DNA of 63,357 bases, filler included, from Octopus bimaculoides (Eukaryota), in NCBI RefSeq assembly GCF_001194135.2. It is 9 parts of 9 records of this genome, joined end to end, with 100 filler letters (N's around TTAATTAATTAA, not from the genome) between each part and the next. Parts side by side here need not be neighbours in the genome. Positions count along the whole stretch, not along the records: positions 39,213 to 41,439 come from NC_068998.1; positions 41,540 to 47,641 come from NC_069008.1; positions 47,742 to 55,150 come from NC_069010.1; 6 more parts are not named here. One strand, given 5' to 3'. Position numbers and translations under genes: made by a program. Below are positions 39,262 to 51,559 of this stretch, one piece after another; the first letter of the stretch is position 1, and each line of letters opens with the position of its first letter. Under the pieces are notes generated by a model. The model had not been told where the DNA came from and did no database searches. It saw only the letters and a program-made list of their open reading frames with translations.

Positions 39262-40450
39262 CACACGCATTGAGTCAGACTGACATAATTACCGTTTACA
39301 GTTCGTATTTACTCGAAATATTAGGGAAATTCTGGGGAAAACGATATGCAGATACGGTGTTAAAAGAGTATAAGCCACATGAATTGAATTTCAGAAGTAA
39401 CGGAAAATAATAGGTCGATCGATTTGTAAACTACAGAATATATATAAGAACATTTCCTAAGGTTTAAGAATACGCTCATTGAAAATGAAATATGGCCCTT
39501 TCATCCTATCGATATTCAGAGAAAATAGATCTTAGCTTATTAACATTCTTGAATATTCTTTGGGAATATTATAAAAAAATTCGTATTTACTTACAGAAAA
39601 CTTTTAATGAAAAAACAACCTATAATAGAAAAATTATCAAAAAAAACAACTGTTTTGCAGACATATTTTTTTATGGTGAAACACAATATCTTGGCATAGA
39701 TGCGTGCACGCGCGTTTGAGTGTGTATATGAATATATGCACATATGTAGGCGATATAGACATGTATATATACATATACGTATATATANNNNNNNNNNNNN
39801 NNNNNNNNNNNNNNNNNNNNNNNNNNNNNNNNNNNNNNNNNNNNNNNNNNNNNNNNNNNNNNNNNNNNNNNNNNNNNNNNNNNNNNNNNNNNNNNNNNNN
39901 NNNNNNNNNNNNNNNNNNNNNNNNNNNNNNNNNNNNNNNNNNNNNNNNNNNNNNNNNNNNNNNNNNNNNNNNNNNNNNNNNNNNNNNNNNNNNNNNNNNN
40001 NNNNNNNNNNNNNNNNNNNNNNNNNNNNNNNNNNNNNNNNNNNNNNNNNNNNNNNNNNNNNNNNNNNNNNNNNNNNNNNNNNNNNNNNNNNNNNNNNNNN
40101 NNNNNNNNNNNNNNNNNNNNNNNNNNNNNNNNNNNNNNNNNNNNNNNNNNNNNNNNNNNNNNNNNNNNNNNNNNNNNNNNNNNNNNNNNNNNNNNNNNNN
40201 NNNNNNNNNNNNNNNNNNNNNNNNNNNNNNNNNNNNNNNNNNNNNNNNNNNNNNNNNNNNNNNNNNNNNNNNNNNNNNNNNNNNNNNNNNNNNNNNNNNN
40301 NNNNNNNNNNNNNNNNNNNNNNNNNNNNNNNNNNNNNNNNNNNNNNNNNNNNNNNNNNNNNNNNNNNNNNNNNNNNNNNNNNNNNNNNNNNNNNNNNNNN
40401 NNNNNNNNNNNNNNNNNATAAACATATATATATATATATATATATATATA

Positions 40451-40484
<34 letters not shown>

Positions 40485-40489
40485 CGTGT

Positions 40490-40525
<36 letters not shown>

Positions 40526-43044
40526 ACATTCATAAATATTCATAATATACAAGCGCACACAAACACAGACGCATACGTATATGCATATATCTTCAAATAT
40601 GACTATCTGCATATTTTTAAATAGAAGACCATCATCATTAGTAACTTTGGCAGACACATTCTATTCGTGAAAATGTATATTTGAATACAATCTTAGAGCA
40701 CACACAACTCAATTAAAAAATAATATTTATGTTGGTGCACTGATATGTAAAAAGTAATGAAATAAAAGTTGACAACGTGAAGTCAATATATTACTTTTTC
40801 CACATCATATGAATCATATTGTAAAGAACGACATATCAGTTAAAATATTTTTTCGGCACTACAATATAATGATTTATTTACGGTTATTATTAAATAGCCT
40901 TGGATAAAAAATGAACAATAATACTAACTGAAAATTTGGAATATCTGCAAAAGGAATCGCATACATTATGTTTACATTGAGCATATGTCTTTTATATTAA
41001 TTATGCACATAAATTATCACTGAAGACTATTATATCAAAGTCGCACACAAATAGCTCACAGGTAAACATGAAATCTGTGTTCCCTTAACTGTCTCTCAGT
41101 AAGTATATATATACACTATATCTTAATGTCTTATCAAGCAGTCAAACAGACATACACACACACGCTTGTATCTCGTAATATACGAGCATATCTATGTATA
41201 TATATATATTTGTGTGTCTGTATACACACAGACAAATCCTGACTCTAAAAACACAATAAATGTCCGCATGGCACGATTAGCGAAGACGAAGACCAAATGA
41301 ACCAGTAAAAATAAGATAATTCCAAATCCTGGATTTCTGGCTTTGCATAAATAATAATGTTCTGCCTTCATCAGTGGAATATATTCCAGATCAATATTTT
41401 AAATATCGATCTTATCCTTATTTATATAAATATATATATNNNNNNNNNNNNNNNNNNNNNNNNNNNNNNNNNNNNNNNNNNNNTTAATTAATTAANNNNN
41501 NNNNNNNNNNNNNNNNNNNNNNNNNNNNNNNNNNNNNNNCATTTCGAGCGTGGCCGTTTTCGTGCGGGTGACACGTAAAAGCACCCACTACACTCTCTGA
41601 GTGGTTGGCGTTAGGAAGGGCATCCAGCTGTAGAAACTCTGCCAAATCAGACTGGAGCCTGGTGTTGCCATCCGGTTTCACCAGTCCTCAGTCAAATCGT
41701 CCAACCCATGCTAGCATGGAAAGCGGATGTTAAACGATGATGATGATGATGATGATATATATATATATATGAACTCATGGAGGCAGTGATATGATTCCAA
41801 GTGAGATTGTGGTTGTGGTTGATGCCTGTATCATGTAACTGGCCTGTTGAAAGCACCATTCAATCATTAGGTAATATGCTGTACTCGTGAAGACCTGTTG
41901 AGCAAAATGAAATCGCAGTTTTAGCCGATGCCAATCCTGTCTGATGGACACCCATGCCAGTGGCAGACAACCAAGGCCTTTGGCAATAATAGCATGCTTG
42001 TGTAGATATGTGAAGCCAGGCAAGACAGTAGACATGACCGATTCCAGTGTCAAGTCATTGGCACCTCTGCCAGTGGAATGTAAAAAACACCCATTACATT
42101 CTCAGAGTCATCGGCGTTAGGAAGGGCACCCAGCCATTGAAACCATGCCAAATTCAGATTGGAAGCTGGTGCAGTCCCAACAGCTTACCAGTTTTCAATC
42201 AAACCGTCCAACCCATGCCAACATGGAAAGCAGACATTAAGTAATGATAATGGTGAGGTAATATAAGGAAATATATATATATACATAACATGTAATATAT
42301 TTACTTATACACATACATATCTACACACACGACAACTAGTATGTGGTCTGTAAAGACTATGCTTGGAAGAGGAACCACATCATCCCACACCATTTCAATG
42401 TCCTGTAATCTTTTGAACCTTTTTCTACACTTTCACTTCAACAGGTTCAATATTCAACACATCTTGTCCTTTGTTTCAATTCCAAAATGAGGTGAAAAAT
42501 GCTTATAGTTCTTATGAATTGTCACATTGATAGTCACACATCTATATGAAGAGATACACATTTAATACCAGAAGTACCAAACGGTCTTTCATCACCACTT
42601 TTGCTTATTACTTTTTAATTTCTACAACTGTATTGAATGTACAATTATAGCATCATTTCATATATATGTGTCTATAGATATATATGTTTTTTTTACATGT
42701 AAATAAATGCTAAAAGAATATATTTTCAAATCCTTTATTCACTGCATTTGCTGATATTTAAAATAGATTGCACTGAATAAAGGTTTTCAAGGTGACCATA
42801 AATGACCTCTATGGTTTTTGTAGGAAGTAAGTAATGTTGGTACTTGTAGGGTTAACCCTTTAGAATTTAAAGTGGCCATATCCAGCCCAAATATTCTATT
42901 TTTACACCTACCCTACAATGTCATTCTGAAAATACACAATCGCATCACCAAAATTTGAAAGCTGTGAGTTAATGGATGACAAACAGAAAATAATGTGAAT
43001 AAATAAACATCACATTTGAGAGACTAATCTTCATGGTAAAGGGC

Positions 43045-43249
43045 TCAGTCACCACTTACAGAGAAGGGTTTACTACAAATATCAGTGGGATTGCTTCTTC
43101 CCCTTATGAACACATTTGTGAGAAGATAATTTGCTATGTTGAGAGAATGACCTACCACAGATATCACGAGGATATGGCTTCTCTCCAGTATGGATAGGTT
43201 TGTGTTTAGACAAGCAACTACTTGTGGAGAAACATTTACAACAGACATC
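43045..43249 (-). pseudogene. Decayed zinc-finger remnants 3' of the ZNF stop codon
   Basis: The same frame continues after TGA: [55 protein letters not shown], then a frameshifted DICSKPFS remnant. Confidence 0.85.
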
Positions 43250-45091
43250 TCAGCGATATGGCTTCTTTCCTGTATGGAAATGTGTGTGAGAAGCTAAGCT
43301 GCTATTTCGGGAGAATGATTTATCACAGATATCACAGTGACATGGCTTCTCTCCTGTATGAATACGCTTATGTATAGTCAAGTTACTGGCTGAAGAGAAT
43401 GATTTACAACAGACACCACAATATGGCTTCTCTCTTGTATGGAAATGTTTGTGAGAAGCTAAGTTGCTACTCTGAGAAAATGATTTACCACAGATATCAC
43501 AGTGATATGGCTTCTCGCCTGTATGGAAATGTTTGTGAGAAGCTAAGTTGCCGCTTTTAGAGAATGCTTTACCACAGATATCACAGTGATATGGCTTCTC
43601 GCCTGTATGGGAACGTTTGTGAGAAGCTAAGTTGCCATTTTGAGAGAATGATTTACCACAGATATCACAGTGATATGGCCTCTCTCCAGTATGGAAACGT
43701 TTGTGAGCAGCTAAGCTGTCACTTCGGGGGAATGATTTTCCACAGATATCACAAGAAAATGGTGCCTCTCCTGTATGAATACGTTTGTGTGTAGTTAGTT
43801 TACCATTTTCAGAGAATGATTTACCACAGATGTCACAGTGAAATGGCTTCTCCCCTGTATGAATACGCTTGTGACTAGTTAAATTACCATTTTGAGTAAA
43901 GGATTTGCCACAGATATTGCAGTGATATGGCTTCTCTCCCATATGAATACGTTTGTGAGAAGTTAAAACACTACTCCAAGAGAATGATTTTCTACAAATG
44001 TCACATTGATATGGCTTCTCTCCTGTATGAATACGTTTGTGTCTAGTCAAGTTATCTTTTTGAAGGAATGATTTACCACACATATCACAGTTAAATGGCT
44101 TCTCCCCTGTATGAATCCGCTTGTGTGTAGCAAAGCCACTGGCTGAAGAGAATGATTTACCACAGACACTACAATGATATGACTTCTCTCCTGTATGGCT
44201 ATGTCTGTGACTGATTAATTGGCTACTTTTAGAGAATGATTTACCACAGATATCACAGTGATATGGCTTCTCTCCTGTATGGAAATATTTGTGAGAAGCA
44301 AAGTTGCCACTTTGAGAGAAGGATTTACCACAAATATCACAGTGATATGGCTTCTCTCCTGTATGGGAACGTTTGTGAGAAGCTAAGCTGTCACTTCGGG
44401 GGAATGATTTACCACAGATGCCACAAGAATATGGTGTCTCTCCTGTATGAATACGTTTGTGTTTAGTTAGGTTACCATTTTCAGAGAATGATTTACCACA
44501 GACGTCGCAGTGATATGGCTTCTCTCCTGTATGGAAACGTATGTGAGAAGTTAAGCTGCCACTTTGAGAGAATGATTTCATACAGACATTACATTGATAT
44601 GGCTTTTCTCCTGTATGAGCACGTATGTGAGATTTTAAATCACTTCGGTTAGAGAATGATTTACCACATACATCACAGTGAAATGGTTTCTCTCCTGTAT
44701 GGGAACGCTTGTGAATAGCTAAGTTGTCAATTCTGGAGTATGATTTACCACAGATATCACAAGAATATGGTTTCTCTCCTGTATGAATACGTTTGTGTTT
44801 AGTTACGGTACTATTTACAGTGAAAGATTTGTTACAGATGTTGCAGTGATATGGCTTCTCTCCTGTATGAACACGTACGTGAGATTTTAAAGTACTTCGG
44901 TTAGAGAATGATTTGCCACAGATGTCACAGTGAAATGGCTTCTCTCCTGTATGAATACGTTTGTGCTTATTTAGGTAGCCCTTTTGAGAGAATGACTTTT
45001 TACAGACATCGCAGTCATGTGATATGGTTCTACTTCCTTTTTCTGCATCTTCAGGAAAAATTAGTTCCTTTAAATTTTTACTCTTTTCCAT
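43250..45091 (-). CDS. Tandem C2H2 zinc-finger protein, 613 aa, 21 fingers, single coding exon
   Basis: 21 CxxC-x12-HxxxH units with TGEKP-type linkers after a short N-terminal leader ([15 protein letters not shown]...). An in-frame TAG upstream of the ATG suggests this is the start unless the transcript is spliced. No KRAB/BTB domain seen. Confidence 0.96.
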   Translation of the reverse strand: MEKSKNLKELIFPEDAEKGSRTISHDCDVCKKSFSQKGYLNKHKRIHTGEKPFHCDICGKSFSNRSTLKSHVRVHTGEKPYHCNICNKSFTVNSTVTKHKRIHTGEKPYSCDICGKSYSRIDNLAIHKRSHTGEKPFHCDVCGKSFSNRSDLKSHIRAHTGEKPYQCNVCMKSFSQSGSLTSHIRFHTGEKPYHCDVCGKSFSENGNLTKHKRIHTGETPYSCGICGKSFPRSDSLASHKRSHTGEKPYHCDICGKSFSQSGNFASHKYFHTGEKPYHCDICGKSFSKSSQLISHRHSHTGEKSYHCSVCGKSFSSASGFATHKRIHTGEKPFNCDMCGKSFLQKDNLTRHKRIHTGEKPYQCDICRKSFSWSSVLTSHKRIHMGEKPYHCNICGKSFTQNGNLTSHKRIHTGEKPFHCDICGKSFSENGKLTTHKRIHTGEAPFSCDICGKSFPRSDSLAAHKRFHTGERPYHCDICGKSFSQNGNLASHKRSHTGEKPYHCDICGKAFSKSGNLASHKHFHTGEKPYHCDICGKSFSQSSNLASHKHFHTREKPYCGVCCKSFSSASNLTIHKRIHTGEKPCHCDICDKSFSRNSSLASHTHFHTGKKPYR

Positions 45092-45888
45092 TATGTTTCT
45101 TTGAAATTCACAATATGTATATATATATATATATATATATTTCTTCTATTTGCTACTATATTCTTTTGTTTACATTACTGCTGTTGTTCTGTCCAGTGTC
45201 ACTTTTGTCTCAAAACTCTTTAGTAAATTTATCCAAGTTTAATTTGCAAACAGACTCATCTTGTAGACACTCCAGCCGGTGATGTCCAGAAAGTTTGCTA
45301 ATAACACATTTCAGAGTAAATATATCAGAGGAATTCTACCATAGATTTACAGAAACAATCTTATATATCTGCTCTGTACAATATTTTCAATTTGGTCTTT
45401 AAAAGATGATAAATAATGAGAATGTATCTTCAGTTATTCCAATGTCATCTGATATTCTGAAATAATGAAGAAACAACAGTGTAAGATATAGAGGCTACTT
45501 AGAAAATACAGGTTCAACATTTCCTTAGAGATAAACTCTAGAAATAAATATTTACGTAAACAACAGAACTAAACCTGGAACCATATAGACACAGAGTGAT
45601 GTAATCGATACAAATTTAATTTATTAATTAATCAACATATTAACAACAATTGTTTCTTTTCTCAAATAAGATTCAAACCAGGGCAGTTGACTCGTTTTGC
45701 TCTTTATGGAGTTGGCGCCTTCCTTATTCTCTTCTGTTCCAGCATGAATCACATATGATGAACCCCTTTACCATTAATGTCAAGTAGCTTATTCTCCAGC
45801 CAACTACTGACCATCTAATTTCCACTAGCTATGAAACAGTCACGTTTGTACACCTTTAACTATTTCATATGAACTTTATTTATTTTGT

Positions 45889-46535
45889 GTGAATACCCGT
45901 CAGAGTGTAAGTATCTTGAGAGAAAAGCTGAACATTAGAAGCATCAGTTGTGGTGTGCAAGAGAGACGATTGCGCTGGTATGGACATGTGGTGAGAATGG
46001 ATGAGGATAGCTGCGTGAAAAAGTGCCACACCCTAACAGTTGAGGGAACCCGTGGAAGAGGTAGGCCCAGGAAGACCTGGGCTGAGGTGGTGAGGCAAGA
46101 CCTTCGTACATTGGGCCTCACCGAGGCGATGACTACTGACCGAGACCTTTGGAAATGTGCTGTGCGTGAGAAGACCCGGCAAGCCAAGTAAGATCGTTGC
46201 CAGTGCCCCTGGACTGGCTCTTGTGCGGGTGGCACATGAGATGCACCATTTTGAGCGTGGCCGTTGCCAGTACCGCCTGACTGGCTCCCGTAGGATTTTC
46301 GAGNNNNNNNNNNNNNNNNNNNNNNNAGCGTGGCCGTTTTCGTGCGGGTGACACGTAAAAGCACCCACTACACTCTCTGAGTGGTTGGCGTTAGGAAGGG
46401 CATCCAGCTGTAGAAACTCTGCCAAATTAGATTGGAGCCTGGTGTTGCCATCCGGTTTCACCATTCCTCAGTCAAATCGTCCAACCCATGCTAGCATGGA
46501 AAGCGGACGTTAAACGATGATGATGATGATGATGA
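45889..46535 (+). mobile_element. RTE LINE 3' end: ORF C-terminus, 3' UTR and (GAT)n tail
   Basis: RRLRWYGHVVRMDEDSCVKKC...GRGRPRKTW...DLW, stop near 46191, then tandem UTR units, GGAAGGGCATCCAGCTGTAGAAACTCTGCC and GGACGTTAAAC(GAT)n. Confidence 0.92.
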
Positions 46536-47755
46536 CAGTTGTATAAAACCTTGTTATCTAAACTTGGACTGAATGTCATTTGTTGCACCAACGCACATGC
46601 AGCTTAACACAACACAGACAAGAAAACTGGATGCATGTTCGACTCCTCACTAAAACGGTGACTCCAAAAGAAAGAATAAAATGCTTCTTATGTGTTGAGT
46701 CAACATTTTTCCTGTCTCTTCTTACCCTACATCTTTTTGGTCAGTTTTCCTAACAATTTCAGTGGAGCTATTTCTTTTCCTTTTGAATGCTGCTGTCTCC
46801 TTCATCTTCCCATAGGGGTCATATTTTTTATTACCCACGAGGGGCTAAACATAGACGGGGACAAACACCATCGGGGAACTAAAATTATAGAATGGAGGTC
46901 ATGTGACAGTGCCGCCACATATAGCAGCCATGTGCAGTAAAGTTCTTCCTCACTGCTACAGCTGTCATGTTTAGTACTCTACATACAATCTTGCTTTCCT
47001 CCTCTTCCTCATTCTCCTGGGTGATCTATCGTTTTTCACACTGATATTTTTCTATCAGTCTACATTCCTCAACATCACTCTTTTCCTCTCTGCTCCTTTG
47101 TACTTCACGCAAGTAAAGGTATACTTTGCCATGAATATCTAATCAGCTCAACAGCAACTTAACATTTTGCTCAGTGCATTTGCTTCTGCCTTGGTTACCC
47201 AGTTGAAGGATTTGATAACAGATATGCCACAGGATGCAACTTGGCACCTGTGCCCAGCGTCGCCTTCCTGGTACTTGTGCCGGTGGCACGTGTAAAGACA
47301 TTCAAGCGAGATCGTGACAGTTCCGCTGGACTGGCTCCTGTGCGGGTGGCACGTAAAATACACCATTTTGAGCGTGGCCATTGCCAGTACCGCCTGACTG
47401 GCCTTCGTGCTGGTGGCGCGTAAAAGCACCCACTACACTCTCGGAGTGGTTGGCATTAGGAAGGGCATACAGCTGTAGAAACTCTGCCAAATCAGATTGG
47501 AGCCTGGTGTAGCCATCTGGTTCACCAGTCCTCAGTCAAATCGTCCAACCCATGCTAGCATGGAAAGCGGACGTTAAACGATGATGATGATGATGATGAT
47601 GTTCATCGCAGGGCATCTTTTTGGCCGAGCGCCACTTCCAGNNNNNNNNNNNNNNNNNNNNNNNNNNNNNNNNNNNNNNNNNNNNTTAATTAATTAANNN
47701 NNNNNNNNNNNNNNNNNNNNNNNNNNNNNNNNNNNNNNNNNATATATATATATAT

Positions 47756-48013
47756 GTTGTTGTACTTGGGGATGGTCATATTGCCAGTTTAGCCAATAAA
47801 AACACACGCACTGTATATTTGGTGTTAATTTGCTTCAGCTTTATATTACATTAATCTTAATCTTATTTCGGCCAGTGACGAAAGAACTCTGGCCGAAATA
47901 AGATTAAGATTAATGTAATGTAATATAAAGCTGAAGCAAATTAACACCAAATATACAGTGCGTGTGTTTTTATTGGCTAAACTGGCAATATGACCATCCC
48001 CAAGTACAACAAC
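47756..48013. mobile_element. Near-perfect foldback (hairpin) element inserted in (TA)n
   Basis: Arms 47756-47875 and 47889-48013 are reverse complements apart from a 5-bp ATTAC/GTAAT duplication. 13-nt spacer; TA repeats on both sides. Confidence 0.85.
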
Positions 48014-48438
48014 ATATATATATATATATATCATCATCATCATCGTTTAACGTCCGCTTTCCATGCTAGCATGGGTTGGACGATTTGACTGAGGACTGGT
48101 GAAACCAGATGGCAACACCAGGCTCATATATATCACAGACCTATGACAGAAGCTACAAAAAAGTGCCAGTAACTATAAATAAAAGTTAAGAACCATACCT
48201 GTTAAAAACAGCATAAAGCCATCCCCACAATGATCTACTTGGTTGAGGAAGCCCAGAAAATACGGTATGTTTGGTGCCAGTCTGAAGAAGGCTTCTGGAA
48301 AGGGCCAATAAAGGCATCTTGATGCCTGAAACAATAAATCTCAAAATTTAATGAATCCAACATCACATGCCAGGTAGATTAATTAATGAAGGATTTAACA
48401 TATTTTACTCTAGTAGTAGAACTAGAAGTAGTAGCAGC

Positions 48439-48474
<36 letters not shown>

Positions 48475-49894
48475 CAGCAGCAGTAGTAGTAGTAGTAGGA
48501 GCAGCAGCAGCCACAATAGTAGTGTCCATAAGTACAGGCATGGCTACACCAGACTCCAATCTGTTCTGGCAGTGCTTCTACAGCTGGATGCCCTTCCTAA
48601 TGCCGACCACTCCATGAGTGTAGTGGGTGCTTTTTACGTGCCACCAGCACAAGGGCAAATTGATTGTATGTTATGCACTTTATTGTTTTGTTGGGTAATC
48701 TTCAAGTTTAGGGGGATAAAAAAATAAATAAAAATATTCAAGGGAAGTAACTGAACGTCTTACCAGTATTCTCCGTACATCTCTGTTTATAAATAAATCA
48801 CACACGTGATTTGATTGATGTTAGGGTTAGGGTGTGATTTATTTATAAACAGCTAGAAGAAAACGGATAATACTGGTAAGNNNNNNNNNNNNNNNNNNNN
48901 NNNNNNNNNNNNNNNNNNNNNNNNNNNNNNNNNNNNNNNNNNNNNNNNNNNNNNNNNNNNNNNNNNNNNNNNNNNNNNNNNNNNNNNNNNNNNNNNNNNN
49001 NNNNNNNNNNNNNNNNNNNNNNNNNNNNNNNNNNNNNNNNNNNNNNNNNNNNNNNNNNNNNNNNNNNNNNNNNNNNNNNNNNNNNNNNNNNNNNNNNNNN
49101 NNNNNNNNNNNNNNNNNNNNNNNNNNNNNNNNNNNNNNNNNNNNNNNNNNNNNNNNNNNNNNNNNNNNNNNNNNNNNNNNNNNNNNNNNNNNNNNNNNNN
49201 NNNNNNNNNNNNNNNNNNNNNNNNNNNNNNNNNNNNNNNNNNNNNNNNNNNNNNNNNNNNNNNNNNNNNNNNNNNNNNNNNNNNNNNNNNNNNNNNNNNN
49301 NNNNNNNNNNNNNNNNNNNNNNNNNNNNNNNNNNNNNNNNNNNNNNNNNNNNNNNNNNNNNNNNNNNNNNNNNNNNNNNNNNNNNNNNNNNNNNNNNNNN
49401 NNNNNNNNNNNNNNNNNNNNNNNNNNNNNNNNNNNNNNNNNNNNNNNNNNNNNNNNNNNNNNNNNNNNNNNNNNNNNNNNNNNNNNNNNNNNNNNNNNNN
49501 NNNNNNNNNNNNNNNNNNNNNNNNNNNNNNNNNNNNNNNNNNNNNNNNNNNNNNNNNNNNNNNNNNNNNNNNNNNNNNNNNNNNNNNNNNNNNNNNNNNN
49601 NNNNNNNNNNNNNNNNNNNNNNNNNNNNNNNNNNNNNNNNNNNNNNNNNNNNNNNNNNNNNNNNNNNNNNNNNNNNNNNNNNNNNNNGTGTAAAACACAA
49701 ATTCGCAAAAGTTTTCGGAAAGTTCCAAAAAATGAAAGCAGAATTCCGCCGCATCAAGGACATTTTACTATGTTGAGAGAAACAGCAGAGAATATAGGAC
49801 TGTAATAATGATTTGTAACATGGGCTAACAAGGTTGCATAGTTAATAGAAGTGTACTGTAGATTATATATCGGCCTCCAGCATTTTACTGGTAC

Positions 49895-50137
49895 GGTACT
49901 ACTAAAGCAGCGCGGACCCGAACGCGCAGTCGCGCGTCCGCGCTAGCTAGTCGTGAGTGGTCGATCCTAACCCTAACCCTAAACACGTATTCATTTGCAC
50001 ACGCGGGTTAGGGTTAGGGTTAGGGTTAGGGCTAGGGACAGGGTTAGCGTTAGGGTTAGGGTTAGGATCGACCACTCAAGACTAGCTAGCGCGGACGCGC
50101 GACTGCGCGTTCGGGTCCGCGCTACTTTAGTAGTACC
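49895..50137. mobile_element. Foldback MITE with 88-bp TIRs ending in telomeric repeats and a 9-bp TSD
   Basis: TIRs 49895-49982 and 50050-50137 (2 mismatches), TSD TACTGGTAC at 49886-49894 and 50138-50146, inner (CCCTAA)n and (TTAGGG)n. Confidence 0.9.
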
Positions 50138-50573
50138 TACTGGTACTTTATTTCATCGGCATACAGACATGTACNNNNNNNNNNNNNNNNNNNNNNNNNN
50201 NNNNNNNNNNNNNNNNNNNNNNNNNNNNNNNNNNNNNNNNNNNNNNNNNNNNNNNNNNNNNNNNNNNNNNNNNNNNNNNNNNNNNNNNNNNNNNNNNNNN
50301 NNNNNNNNNNNNNNNNNNNNNNNNNNNNNNNNNNNNNNNNNNNNNNNNNNNNNNNNNNNNNNNNNNNNNNNNNNNNNNNNNNNNNNNNNNNNNNNNNNNN
50401 NNNNNNNNNNNNNNNNNNNNNNNNNNNNNNNNNNNNNNNNNNNNNNNNNNNNNNNNNNNNNNNNNNNNNNNNNNNNNNNNNNNNNNNNNNNNNNNNNNNN
50501 NNNNNNNNNNNNNNNNNNNNNNNNNNNNNNNNNNNNNNNNNNNNNNNNNNNNNNNNNNNNNNNNNNNNNNNNN

Positions 50574-50620
<47 letters not shown>

Positions 50621-51179
50621 CCCCTCATTGAATCCCTGGAACGAAACTGATTGGTAAGTTCGGCCGTAATGGATACACTTGGGATAATATACCCACACCA
50701 TTGACAGATATACGAGTGCACTTTTTACTGATTTATGAACTCTTAGACGACTTACATATAAAGAGTTTGATGAGCTGTCCACAAGGCTGTAGCGTACGAA
50801 AACATTGGTCACCTCTGACAAGACTAACTTTATTTTAATACAAATATAAATATTGGCATTCCAACACAAGTACGCCCCCACCTCGACTTTTCCTCATAGC
50901 TTTCAGAAAAATGGATATATTAACAGAAAAAAAAAATTAATAAAGATAAAAATTGTCAATTTAATTTATACATTACAAGTTAATGACTTCCCTATGCCCG
51001 ATGAAATCTCATTTTATTGTAGTAGCCGTTACTAGTTTGATCATGTATAATATTCTAGCTACAACAGGTAAAATTTAGTATGTTTATTATGATACCCCAC
51101 CGCCCCCCTAAAGTCAAATTTCGACATGTTCAGCGCCCACCTTAGTTTATGCGATTCAAGCAGTAATACAATCTCCATA

Positions 51180-51522
51180 GTGGAGGCGCAATGGCCCAGT
51201 GGTTAGGGCAGCGGACTCGCGGTTTCGATTCCCAGACCGGGCCTTGTGAGTGCTTATTGAGCGAAAACACCTAAAGTGCCACGAGGCTCCGGCAGGGGAT
51301 GGTGGCGAACCCTGCTGTACAATTTTCACTCTTACTTCCTGTTTCTTTTGTGCCTGTAATTCAAAGGGTCAGCCTTGTCACACTGAATATCCCCGAGAAC
51401 TATGTTAAGGGTACACGTGTATGTGGAGTGCTCAGCCACTTGCACGTTAACTTCACGAGCAGGCTGTTCCGTTGATCGGATCAACTGGAACCCTCGACGT
51501 CGTAAGCGACGGAGTGCCAACA
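51180..51522 (+). mobile_element. tRNA-derived SINE, same family as 19048-19432
   Basis: GTGGAGGCGCAATGGCCCAGTGGTTAGGG...GGTTTCGATTCCC...GGAGTGCCAACA, colinear with the 19048 copy apart from small deletions. Confidence 0.85.
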
Positions 51523-51559
51523 CAATCTCCATAACGTTCAGACGGTGCAACGGTCAAGT

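Noticed and set aside
43564-45282. Plus-strand ORFs antisense to the zinc-finger gene
   Set aside because: Shadow frames of the 84-bp finger repeat.
50006-50066. True telomere or chromosome-fusion scar
   Set aside because: The array is short, sits within TIRs and is bounded by a TSD; a fusion scar would show TTAGGG followed by CCCTAA, whereas here CCCTAA precedes TTAGGG.
49995-50160. ORF MHTRVRVRVRVR...
   Set aside because: Translation of the TTAGGG array within the foldback element.
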